Assembly: GCA_902569095.1 (NCBI GenBank)
Contig: CACFSX010000003.1
Coordinates: forward strand, 9,533-73,532
Direction of reading: 5' to 3'
Length of the DNA: 64,000 bases
From: an uncultured Alphaproteobacteria bacterium
Lineage (GTDB): Bacteria; Pseudomonadota; Alphaproteobacteria; Methylaequorales; Methylaequoraceae
Position 1 is the first letter of the stretch. Each line of letters begins with the position of its first letter. Under the pieces are notes generated by a model, which saw only the letters and a list, made by a program, of their open reading frames with translations, was not told the origin of the DNA and searched no databases. A program made the position numbers and the translations under genes. Shown here piece after piece: positions 1 to 8,805 of the stretch.

Positions 1-2
1 CA

Positions 3-569
3 ACTTAAGTTTTCATCGCTAGTTAAATTCGGAAAAATACATTTGTAACATGGATTTTTTTTATTACTCCAAGAAGAAAATATAAAAGCCTGTATATCAA
101 AGTTCTGAAGGGCAGCAGAGACCAATATTTTTTTTTTATTATGACAAAATTTATTTATTATTAATCTAGATTCAAAATTATCCGTACAATCAAGAATAAT
201 TGGATAGTTTTCTAAATATACTTCAATGTTATTTTTATCAATTTTTTTTTTGTGATAATCAACAATAATTGATTTATTTATCTTTTTGATATTTTCTGAC
301 AAAATCTTACATTTACTTGCACCAATATCTTTTTCGGTGAATAATGTCTGACGATTTAAGTTGCTTAAAATAATTGAATCATGATCTATAAGTATTAATT
401 TTCCTATTCCGCTCATTGACAAATATTGAGCAGCAGAAGTACCTAAGCCTCCACAACCGACGATACATATTGATGAGTCTAAAATTTTTTTTTGGCCATG
501 AACTCCTACTTGTTCCATTATTATTTGTCTTGAGTATTTTTCTAGATAGTATTCTTTACTGTTTCTCAT
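3..569 (-). CDS. moeB: MoeB/ThiF family adenylyltransferase (3' end runs off window)
   Basis: Not in ORF track. Manual translation from ATG at 569 gives MRNSKEYYLEKYSRQIIMEQVGVHGQKKILDSSICIVGCGGLG...PCYKCIFP, with YSRQ, GxGGLG and CxxC motifs. Confidence 0.9.
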   Translation of the reverse strand, partial: MRNSKEYYLEKYSRQIIMEQVGVHGQKKILDSSICIVGCGGLGTSAAQYLSMSGIGKLILIDHDSIILSNLNRQTLFTEKDIGASKCKILSENIKKINKSIIVDYHKKKIDKNNIEVYLENYPIILDCTDNFESRLIINKFCHNKKKILVSAALQNFDIQAFIFSSWSNKKNPCYKCIFPNLTSDENLS

Positions 570-1527
570 TTGACATATCTGAAAATAATGGAGTTGAAAG
601 ATATCTCTCTGCAAATGAAGGCAGAATAATTATGGTATTTTTATCTTTCATTTTTGAGTCTTCATTTAATTCTATTGCTGCAGACAAAACTGCACCTGAT
701 GATATTCCACCTGCTATGCCTTCAATTTTTGCTAACAATCTTGCAAAGTAAAAGGCAGAATTATTACTTACAGATAAAACCTTATCAATAATCTGCATGT
801 TCAAATTTTTCGGTAAAAAACCTGCTCCTATACCTTGAATTAAATGTTGACCTGGACCTGATCCACTTATCACGGCTGAATCTTCTGGCTCAACCGCAAT
901 TATTTTTATTGATTTATTTTTTTCTTTAAGATACTTTCCCACGCCAGTTATTGTGCCTCCTGTTCCAACTCCTGAAATAAAGAAGTCGATTTTACCTTCG
1001 CAGCTTGACCATATTTCCGCTGCTGTTGTTTTGTAATGTATTTCAGGGTTGGCACTATTTTCAAATTGATTAAGAATAAAACTATTCTCTATCTTATTTC
1101 TGATTTCTTTTGCCTTTTTCATTGCACCTGTCATCCCTAATTTCTTTGGAGTTAAAACAAGTTTTGCACCAAAAAATTGAAGCATTTTTCTTCTTTCAAT
1201 TGACATGCTATCAGGCATTGTAAGAATTAATTTATAACCTCGAGCCGCGCAAATAAATGCTAGTGCTATGCCAGTATTCCCACTTGTAGGCTCAATTATT
1301 GTAGTAGAAGTATCTATCAGTTTTTTCTCTTCAGCTGACTTAATCATTGCCAGCCCAATTCTATCTTTTACAGAACCAAGAGGATTAAAAGATTCTAACT
1401 TTGCTATTATATTACCATCATAATGAAGATGTTTTTTTAGTCTTTTTAAACATATCATTGGGGTGTTACCGATTGTTTCGTCTATAGAGTTATATATTTT
1501 TGAAAAGGCTTTATATGACAAAATCAA
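556..1527 (-). CDS. cysK: Cysteine synthase A
   Basis: IGNTP, NPLGSVKDRIG (PLP Lys), EPTSGNTG, GVGTGGT, IQGIGAGF. Exact TTG start uncertain. Confidence 0.95.
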   Translation of the reverse strand: MILSYKAFSKIYNSIDETIGNTPMICLKRLKKHLHYDGNIIAKLESFNPLGSVKDRIGLAMIKSAEEKKLIDTSTTIIEPTSGNTGIALAFICAARGYKLILTMPDSMSIERRKMLQFFGAKLVLTPKKLGMTGAMKKAKEIRNKIENSFILNQFENSANPEIHYKTTAAEIWSSCEGKIDFFISGVGTGGTITGVGKYLKEKNKSIKIIAVEPEDSAVISGSGPGQHLIQGIGAGFLPKNLNMQIIDKVLSVSNNSAFYFARLLAKIEGIAGGISSGAVLSAAIELNEDSKMKDKNTIIILPSFAERYLSTPLFSDMSNEKQ

Positions 1528-1954
1528 CTTTCTTAAAATTTTCTTTTTTTAAATTTTTACTTTTTGCAATTTTACATACTTCCTCAATTGAAATATTGTT
1601 AAACTTGTCTAAACATTCAAATGAAATATCATTGATCAATGGTAGAACAATTTTTTTTGAAAGTTCTGAATTAAATGTATTAGTTAAATTATCCTCATTT
1701 GAAACAGATTTAATGATATCAGCAATTTTTATTCTTCTTCTTTCTTTTGCTAAACTATATCCTCCTTTTGGACCTCTTGATCCAACAAGAATCTTGTTTT
1801 TAACAAGTATTTGTAGTGTTTGTTCTAGATATCTTTTTGGAATCCCTTGTCTTCTTGCTATAGAGACATTTTGAACAGGATTAGGCCCAGAGTTTAGAGC
1901 TATATCAACAACAGCCTCGATTGCGTAGATAATTTTTTTATGAACTTTAAACAA
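1511..1954 (-). CDS. Rrf2 family transcriptional regulator (CymR-like, no Fe-S Cys triad)
   Basis: IARRQGIPKRYLEQ...SRGPKGGYSLA wHTH; TTG start with AGAAGG SD; directly upstream of cysK. Confidence 0.9.
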   Translation of the reverse strand: MFKVHKKIIYAIEAVVDIALNSGPNPVQNVSIARRQGIPKRYLEQTLQILVKNKILVGSRGPKGGYSLAKERRRIKIADIIKSVSNEDNLTNTFNSELSKKIVLPLINDISFECLDKFNNISIEEVCKIAKSKNLKKENFKKVDFVI

Positions 1955-1965
1955 TTTTTTACCTT

Positions 1966-2409
1966 CTAAACTCCGGTAGAACCAAATCCACCTGAGCCTC
2001 TATCAGTTTCATTCAGTTCATGAGTTATATCCAATTCAATTTCTGGCAATATCATAAATATTAACTGAGCAATTCGCATCCCTGGGTTAATTTCAAATTC
2101 ATTTTTTCCGTGATTAATGAGTATTACGCATATTTCCCCTCTGTAATCTGCATCTATTGTTCCAGGAGTATTTAACACTGTCACACTGTGTTTAAGTGCA
2201 ATACCAGATCTAGGTCTAACTTGGGCTTCAATCCCAAAAGGCATTTGTAATGAGAATCCGCAAGGAATGAGTTTTGTTTCGCCAGGTTTTAGAATGACTT
2301 TATCTTGCAAAGCTGCTAAGAGATCAAATCCTGAACTTCCATCAGTTGCTTTTTTTAAATGGTAAAGATTCTTACCATTTTCTAAATGTTTAAAAAGAAT
2401 TTTGTTCAT
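1966..2409 (-). CDS. dut: dUTP diphosphatase
   Basis: SGFDL, RPRSG, GTIDADYRGE, RGSGGFGSTG motifs. Confidence 0.97.
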   Translation of the reverse strand: MNKILFKHLENGKNLYHLKKATDGSSGFDLLAALQDKVILKPGETKLIPCGFSLQMPFGIEAQVRPRSGIALKHSVTVLNTPGTIDADYRGEICVILINHGKNEFEINPGMRIAQLIFMILPEIELDITHELNETDRGSGGFGSTGV

Positions 2410-3617
2410 GGTATTAATTTATTTTTTTTAAAAAAATTAACAATTTTTTTTGTAATTTTTTTTGCTACCTCAGATTTTTTCATTTTATTCCAATTCTCAA
2501 CATTCTTTTTTGTAATGAAAGAAACTTGATTATAATTTGATCCAAAAACTGGTTGGCTCTTTACATTATTGGCAATTATCCAGTCACAACCTTTTTTAAA
2601 CAATTTACTTTTTGAGGAATTTATTAAGTTTGTTGTTTCTGCTGAAAAACCGATAATCAATTTTGGTTTATTTTTATTTTTTGATATATTTTGGAGAATA
2701 TCTACATTTTTCTTAAAAATAATATTTATTTCATTTTTGTTTTTTTTTATTTTCTCAGAGAATATTTTCTTTACTTTCCAATCTGAAATGGCGGCTGCAG
2801 ATACGAAAATATCATAGGGTAATTTAGACCTACAGGTTTTATAAAAATCCTCTGCATCTTTTACTTTTATTATTTCGAGATCTTTAGGGTCGTCTAGATT
2901 TGTTTTTCCTGTAACTAATGTTACTTTAGCCCCATGATTATGCAGAGATTTTGCAATTTCATAACCTTGTATCCCAGATGAAAAATTGCTTAAAAATCGG
3001 ACTGGATCAATCGTTTCAATTGACGGACCAGCGGTAACAATCGCTTTTAGTCCGTTTAATTCTTTTGGACTAAAAATATTATTTATTTTTTCAACTATCT
3101 CTTCAACTTCCATTAACTTCCCAGTTCCAACAGTGCCGCACGCTAATTTCCCTTTTTTAGGTGAAAGTATGTTTACACTCATTTTGCTCAACGACTTTAA
3201 ATTCAATTTTACAGCTTGATTATTAAACATATTAGTATTCATGGCAGGAGCTATCATTTTTATTTTATTTGAAGCCAGAAGAACATTTGAAGATAAATCA
3301 TCAGCAATACCATTAGCCATTTTTGCTAAAAAATTAGCAGTACAAGGTACTACTACAATTGCATCTGAATTTGATGCTAATTTTATATGATTCATTTCTT
3401 TTTCTTGTGACAAGGTAAAAAGATTTGAATAAACATTTTTGCCTAATAAACTCTCAAAAGTAATTGGATTTATAAATTTTTTAGCACTTTCTGTGAGAAT
3501 ACATTCTACTCTAACTTTTTTTTCCTGAAGCCTTCGAATGAGATCCAGTGACTTATAACTTGCAATACCTCCTGATACTATCAAAAGTATTTTTTTATTC
3601 GCTAAAAAGTTTGTCAT
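2406..3617 (-). CDS. coaBC: Phosphopantothenoylcysteine decarboxylase/ligase
   Basis: SGGIASYK, APAMNTNM, LACGTVGTG, TAGPSIETIDPVRFLSNFSSG. Confidence 0.96.
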   Translation of the reverse strand: MTNFLANKKILLIVSGGIASYKSLDLIRRLQEKKVRVECILTESAKKFINPITFESLLGKNVYSNLFTLSQEKEMNHIKLASNSDAIVVVPCTANFLAKMANGIADDLSSNVLLASNKIKMIAPAMNTNMFNNQAVKLNLKSLSKMSVNILSPKKGKLACGTVGTGKLMEVEEIVEKINNIFSPKELNGLKAIVTAGPSIETIDPVRFLSNFSSGIQGYEIAKSLHNHGAKVTLVTGKTNLDDPKDLEIIKVKDAEDFYKTCRSKLPYDIFVSAAAISDWKVKKIFSEKIKKNKNEINIIFKKNVDILQNISKNKNKPKLIIGFSAETTNLINSSKSKLFKKGCDWIIANNVKSQPVFGSNYNQVSFITKKNVENWNKMKKSEVAKKITKKIVNFFKKNKLIP

Positions 3618-4333
3618 AACTCAGAAATATGAATAGAAGCAATCCCGTCAAGAATGTCAAAAACTTCAATTTTTCTGAAACCAGCATTAAGTAGCTTTTT
3701 AGTTAGCTGAATCTGATTTGGAAATTCTTTTATACTCTGAATTAGGTACGAATATGCTTCTTGGTTATTAAGTATTAATTTTCCGTAAAGAGGAATGAGT
3801 TTACTATAAAAGTGAAATATTTTTCTGAAACTTTTGTTGTTTATTTCACTGAATTCTAGGCAATAAAATTTTCCTTTGTTTTTTAAAACACGTTTTATTT
3901 CTAGTAATGATTTTGGAATATTGGTAAAGTTTCTTAAACCAAAACTTAAAGTAATAGTATCAAATGTATTTGTTTTAAATGGAATTTTTTCCGCCATTCC
4001 ATTAACGTAAAATATCTTTTGTCCCTTTAATTTTTTTTTTGCTTGCATCATCATTTTTACGTTTGAATCATAACCAACACAGATACAATTACTTTTTTTC
4101 TTTATCAATTCAAGTAAATCTCCTGATCCTGTAGCTAAATCCAAAATAGTATCTTGTTCTTTAATTTTAATATTATTGATTAATTCCTGTTTCCATGTTC
4201 TATGAAGACCAAAACTCATTATATCATTCATTAAATCATATTTATTAGAAACATCTGAAAAAATTCTTTGAACTTTTGATTGTTTATTTTGTTTGTTTGA
4301 CGAATTTAGTTTTTTTTGTAATCTTTGCTTCAT
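3614..4333 (-). CDS. ubiE: Ubiquinone/menaquinone C-methyltransferase UbiE
   Basis: KYDLMNDIMSFGLHRTWK, LDLATGSGD, SFGLRN. Start moved to ATG 4333 because the ORF-track extension overlaps mutM. Confidence 0.92.
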   Translation of the reverse strand: MKQRLQKKLNSSNKQNKQSKVQRIFSDVSNKYDLMNDIMSFGLHRTWKQELINNIKIKEQDTILDLATGSGDLLELIKKKSNCICVGYDSNVKMMMQAKKKLKGQKIFYVNGMAEKIPFKTNTFDTITLSFGLRNFTNIPKSLLEIKRVLKNKGKFYCLEFSEINNKSFRKIFHFYSKLIPLYGKLILNNQEAYSYLIQSIKEFPNQIQLTKKLLNAGFRKIEVFDILDGIASIHISEL

Positions 4334-5144
4334 GCCAGAGCTTCCAGAAGTTGAGACTGTAAAAGTTTTCTTAGAGAAAAATGTTGTCAATGAGAAAACT
4401 TTGTCAATCAAAATAAAGAATAAAAACTTGCGCTTTACAGTATCTGAAGATTTACCCCAAATTTTGAGAAAATCAATCATAACAAAAATATTGAGAAGAG
4501 GTAAGTATTTATTATTTTTATATAATGACAAGAATATTCTTTTATTTCATCTAGGAATGACAGGATTCTTTAGAATTGAAAAAAAATATCAATTTAGGAA
4601 GCATGATCATTTGATTTTTAATTTTATTAATAAGAAGTTGATTTTTAATGATATCAGGAAATTTGGGTTTGTAAAAATCCTTAACGAGAGAGAAATTAGT
4701 GAATGTTCTCATCTTAAAAATTTAGGTCCCGAACCTTTGAGTTCAAAATTTTGTTACAATTACTTTAAAAAAAATTTAAACAGAAAAACAAACATAAAAA
4801 ATCTTCTCATGAATCAAAGTTTTGTTGCTGGCTTAGGTAATATATATTGTTCGGAAATTTTATTTAGGTCAAAGGTCAAACCAACCAGACAGTTAAGATT
4901 AATAAAGGAAAATGAAATTAGTAAGATTCTAGATTCAGTAAAGAAAATATTATTTGATTCCATAAAACTTGGGGGCACAACTATAAAAAACTTTGTTGTT
5001 TCAGACGAAAAAATTGGATATTTTAAAAATAAACTTATGGTTTATGGAAGAAAAGGGATGAATTGTTTTAAATGCAAAAATAAAATTGATAAAATAACAC
5101 AATCCGGAAGGTCAACTTTTTTTTGTTCTCGATGTCAAAAATAA
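4332..5144 (+). CDS. mutM: Formamidopyrimidine-DNA glycosylase
   Basis: N-terminal MPELPEVE fixes the start at 4332; RRGKYL, HLGMTG, GLGNIY, C-terminal zinc finger. Confidence 0.97.
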   Translation: MPELPEVETVKVFLEKNVVNEKTLSIKIKNKNLRFTVSEDLPQILRKSIITKILRRGKYLLFLYNDKNILLFHLGMTGFFRIEKKYQFRKHDHLIFNFINKKLIFNDIRKFGFVKILNEREISECSHLKNLGPEPLSSKFCYNYFKKNLNRKTNIKNLLMNQSFVAGLGNIYCSEILFRSKVKPTRQLRLIKENEISKILDSVKKILFDSIKLGGTTIKNFVVSDEKIGYFKNKLMVYGRKGMNCFKCKNKIDKITQSGRSTFFCSRCQK

Positions 5145-5500
5145 AAATATTAATAATTTCTTTTCTAACTTTTTTTTTATTTTCATATGGCACTTTTGCG
5201 TTAAAATTTGTAAATGGACTCGAAGACATACCCTTATACAAAAAAATGGAGTATGTTGAGGACTCTCTTATATTATTTGATAAAATTGATGGTAGATATG
5301 TCTCAGTCGAAATTTATGGTGATTATGAAGAGTACGAGGTTATTGATTACTACAAAAGAATACTCCCAAATCTTGGATGGAAAGAAAAAAAATACCTTAT
5401 TTATAATAGGAATAACGAAACATTAGAAATAATAAGTAAAAAAGAAAAAAAGGGTTTATCAGTAAAATTTAATATTTTTCCAGTAGAAATAAATCAATAA
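5132..5500 (+). CDS. Hypothetical exported protein
   Basis: Signal-peptide-like N-terminus (MSKIKILIISFLTFFLFSYGTFA); fills the mutM-rpsT gap. Confidence 0.65.
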   Translation: MSKIKILIISFLTFFLFSYGTFALKFVNGLEDIPLYKKMEYVEDSLILFDKIDGRYVSVEIYGDYEEYEVIDYYKRILPNLGWKEKKYLIYNRNNETLEIISKKEKKGLSVKFNIFPVEINQ

Positions 5501-5504
5501 CTAC

Positions 5505-5533
5505 TTGACCAAAAATGATTTGAAAAGTATAAA
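5505..5533 (+). promoter_or_regulatory. sigma70-type promoter of rpsT
   Basis: TTGACC (5505-5510), 17 bp spacer, TATAAA (5528-5533); ATG is 9 nt downstream. Confidence 0.6.
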
Positions 5534-5542
5534 CTGCTCAAT

Positions 5543-5809
5543 ATGGCAAATATTAAATCCGCAAAAAAGAGAATTAGTCAGAACATAAAACGTTCTGAAT
5601 ACAATAAAATCAGAAAATCGAGAATCAGAACTTCAATTAAAAAGATTAATTCAGCTTTTCTTGATAAAAAAAATAAAGAGGAAATGAATAAAAATTTCAT
5701 CAAGGTTGAGTCAGACCTTGCAAAAGCTGTTAATAAAGGTGTTTTTAAAAAAAATACAGCCTCTAGACTTATTTCAAGGTTATCCAAAAAAATTAAATTG
5801 ATAAATTAA
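5543..5809 (+). CDS. rpsT: 30S ribosomal protein S20
   Basis: MANIKSAKKRI...KGVFKKNTASRLISRL. Confidence 0.97.
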   Translation: MANIKSAKKRISQNIKRSEYNKIRKSRIRTSIKKINSAFLDKKNKEEMNKNFIKVESDLAKAVNKGVFKKNTASRLISRLSKKIKLIN

Positions 5810-5869
5810 TTTTTTTTTTACGTTATTGATTCATAGTTTTTTATTAGTTAATCTCATAATTTACTTATT

Positions 5870-6295
5870 ATGAATGATTTAGATTATGCGGGTGATATTA
5901 ACCCAGAGAAAACTTGGAATCTGTTAAAAAATAATCAAGATTCACATTTAATTGACTGCAGAACCAGTGCTGAATGGAACTTCGTTGGTGTGCCTGATTT
6001 AAGCTCTCTAGGAAAGAATGCACATTTTGTTGAATGGCAGATCTACCCTTTGATGGAAAAAAATAATAATTTCCTTAAGGAAATATCAGATTTAGGTTTA
6101 TCAAAAGATTCGACTCTAATTTTTATCTGCAGGTCAGGTGCTAGATCAAGATCAGCAGCAGAATTTTTAACCAATCATGGATATAAACATTGCTTTAATT
6201 TTTGTGAGGGATTCGAGGGTTCTCACGATGAACATGGTCAAAGAGGTAATGTTAATGGCTGGAAAAACTCAAAACTTCCCTGGAAACAAGGATAA
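5870..6295 (+). CDS. Single-domain rhodanese/sulfurtransferase
   Basis: IDCRTSAEWNFVGVPD, active-site CRSGARS, GFEG...GWKNSKLPW. Confidence 0.9.
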   Translation: MNDLDYAGDINPEKTWNLLKNNQDSHLIDCRTSAEWNFVGVPDLSSLGKNAHFVEWQIYPLMEKNNNFLKEISDLGLSKDSTLIFICRSGARSRSAAEFLTNHGYKHCFNFCEGFEGSHDEHGQRGNVNGWKNSKLPWKQG

Positions 6296-6300
6296 TTTAA

Positions 6301-7689
6301 GTGGTTGAAGTAAATTCTAAGGATTTTGCGGAAATTCAGGCTCAATGGGCAGCTGTTAGAGGTAGAATAAGACAAAAAATTGGTGACGCCCAATTCAAGA
6401 GTTGGATAAAGATTATATCTCTAAAAGAGTGTGTAGACGGAAAAATTATATTAAGTGTCCCTAGTGCATTTGTTAGGACAAGAATAATAGAGCAATACTT
6501 AGATATTATTAAAAGCTATTGGCTTGTCCAAAATCTCAAAGTGAATGATATTGAGATTGTAATTTCACAAGACAAAACCCTTAAATCTTCAACTAAATCA
6601 GCGTCAGAAATTAAAAAGACTGAGACAAAAAATAAAGACCACAAGCAAGATGATATTTTTAACTCCATAAGTTCAGATTTAGATACAAGGTTTACTTTCT
6701 CAAATTTTATAGTTGGAAAGCCTAACGAACTCGCATTCGCAGCAGCTAGAAGGGTTGCAGAATCTAATGATGTGCCTTTCAACCCTTTATTTCTATATGG
6801 TGGCGTTGGTTTAGGTAAAACTCATCTTATGCATGCGATTGCACATGAGATTAAAGAAAGAAAACCACTAAGAAGGGTAATTTATATGTCAGCTGAGAAG
6901 TTTATGTATTATTTCATTAAAGCATTAAGATTTAAAAATACAGTTGCCTTTAAAGAGCAGTTTAGAAACGTTGATGTTTTAATGATAGATGATGTTCAAT
7001 TTATATCTGGAAAAGATTCTACTCAGGAAGAGTTCTTTCATACTTTTAATGCATTAATAGATCAGAATAAGCAATTAATAATTTCCGCCGACAAGTCTCC
7101 CCAAGACTTAGAAGGAATTGAGGAAAGAATGAGATCAAGACTTGGGTGGGGACTAGTTGCCGATATTCATCCACTTACTTATGAATTACGGTTAGGAATT
7201 TTGCAAGCAAAAGAAGAAAAGCTTTCAGCAAGCATACCCCCAAATATTCTAGAGTTTTTAGCTCATAAAATAACTTCAAACGTAAGAGAGCTTGAAGGAG
7301 CCCTAAATAGATTATCTGCATTTTCATCGCTTGTAGGTAGAGAAATTAACTTAGATATGGTTCAAGATCTTTTAAAAGACTTACTAAAATCATCACAAAG
7401 AAAAGTTAATATTGAAGAAATCCAAAAGAAGGTCTCTCAGCATTTTAATGTAAAAATGTCAGATATGAGTTCATCTAGGAGATCAAGGACAGTAGCAAGG
7501 CCTAGGCAGATTGCAATGTATCTTTCTAAAAATCTAACTTCACGCTCCTTACCTGAAATTGGGAGAAGATTTGGAAATAGAGATCATACAACAGTAATAC
7601 ATGCAGTTAAGAAAGTTGAAGAATTAAGAAATAAGGATGACAGTTTTGACGAAGATGTCCAACTACTAATAAGGATGCTAGAGTCTTAG
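6301..7689 (+). CDS. dnaA: Chromosomal replication initiator DnaA
   Basis: NPLFLYGGVGLGKTHL, DDVQF, QEEFFHTFN, RDHTTVIHA; GTG start. Confidence 0.98.
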   Translation: MVEVNSKDFAEIQAQWAAVRGRIRQKIGDAQFKSWIKIISLKECVDGKIILSVPSAFVRTRIIEQYLDIIKSYWLVQNLKVNDIEIVISQDKTLKSSTKSASEIKKTETKNKDHKQDDIFNSISSDLDTRFTFSNFIVGKPNELAFAAARRVAESNDVPFNPLFLYGGVGLGKTHLMHAIAHEIKERKPLRRVIYMSAEKFMYYFIKALRFKNTVAFKEQFRNVDVLMIDDVQFISGKDSTQEEFFHTFNALIDQNKQLIISADKSPQDLEGIEERMRSRLGWGLVADIHPLTYELRLGILQAKEEKLSASIPPNILEFLAHKITSNVRELEGALNRLSAFSSLVGREINLDMVQDLLKDLLKSSQRKVNIEEIQKKVSQHFNVKMSDMSSSRRSRTVARPRQIAMYLSKNLTSRSLPEIGRRFGNRDHTTVIHAVKKVEELRNKDDSFDEDVQLLIRMLES

Positions 7690-7690
7690 G

Positions 7691-8797
7691 ATGGAATTTT
7701 CTATTTCCAAAAAAAGTCTTTTAGAATGCCTTAATCATTTCCAAAGTGTTGTTGAAAAAAGAAACACGATCCCAATTCTTTCAAATATTAAAGTAATCGT
7801 TGATGAAACTAACGGAATACAGATAACAGCAACCGATCTTGCTTTGGAAATAAGTGAAACACTTTCTGCTAATATCACGAAACCTGGGGGTATCACCATT
7901 CCTTCGCAATTATTTTTTGACATAATAAGGAAGGCTCCAGATAGTTCAAATATTGAATTAAGAAAGGATGAAAAAATAGATCTTGTTTATGTTGCCTTTA
8001 ATGAATCTAAATTTTCTCTCCCAACGCTTCCAGTGGACGATTTTCCAGTGATGGATCTAAATGAATTAGAAACAAAAATTGAATTAGAATCCATCTTCTT
8101 AAAAGATTTAATCGACAATTGTAAATTTTGTATGGGATTAGATGAATCTAGGCAATATTTAAACGGAATTTATTTGCATCTCAGTAAAGATTTAATTTCG
8201 ACTGTAGCAACAGACGGTCACAGATTATCGAAAAGTTCACTTACCAAAAATTTTTCTACAGATTTTGATGGTATAATTGTTCCAAAGAAAACGGTACTAG
8301 AAATATCAAAAATATTGGAGGAGTTTGAAGGAAAAGTTACTTTAAACTTTTCAAAAACAAGACTCAAAATTCTTCTAGGACAAATAAAAATTATCACAAA
8401 GTTAATAAATTCATCGTTTCCTGATTATGAAAGTGTTATTCCAACCACTAACGATCAAATAATGGAGGTAGATTGCAAAAGTTTTAGTGAAAGTATAGAT
8501 AGAGTGTCAACTATTTCTAATGAGAAATTTAGAACTGTAAAATTTGAAGTTTCCAACAACCTTTGCGTAGTCAGCTCATTTGGAAATGAGAAATCAACAG
8601 GTATCGAGAACGTCAAAGTAGAATATAGTGGTCCTACGTTTTCGATTAATTTTAATTCTAGATATGTTCTAGATGTTCTAAATATTATTAAAGAAGGAAA
8701 AGTAAAATTCTTTTTTTCTAAAAATACAGCACCAACAATTTTAGAGAGTCCTACAATTAAAAATTCTCTTTTTTTAATAATGCAAATGAGAGCCTAA
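7691..8797 (+). CDS. dnaN: DNA polymerase III beta clamp
   Basis: VEKRNTIPILSN, ATDGHRL, FPDYESVIP, C-terminal MQMRA. Confidence 0.97.
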   Translation: MEFSISKKSLLECLNHFQSVVEKRNTIPILSNIKVIVDETNGIQITATDLALEISETLSANITKPGGITIPSQLFFDIIRKAPDSSNIELRKDEKIDLVYVAFNESKFSLPTLPVDDFPVMDLNELETKIELESIFLKDLIDNCKFCMGLDESRQYLNGIYLHLSKDLISTVATDGHRLSKSSLTKNFSTDFDGIIVPKKTVLEISKILEEFEGKVTLNFSKTRLKILLGQIKIITKLINSSFPDYESVIPTTNDQIMEVDCKSFSESIDRVSTISNEKFRTVKFEVSNNLCVVSSFGNEKSTGIENVKVEYSGPTFSINFNSRYVLDVLNIIKEGKVKFFFSKNTAPTILESPTIKNSLFLIMQMRA

Positions 8798-8805
8798 AAT
8801 TTTTC

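Noticed and set aside
4334..4531. 66-aa N-terminal extension of ubiE (and 13-aa extension of mutM)
   Set aside because: Antisense read-through of the partner gene; MutM must start at MPELP.
5780..7690. Replication origin near dnaA
   Set aside because: Spacers are 60, 5 and 1 bp and I saw no DnaA-box cluster, only a one-mismatch TTATCCAAA inside rpsT. Alphaproteobacterial oriC is usually elsewhere.
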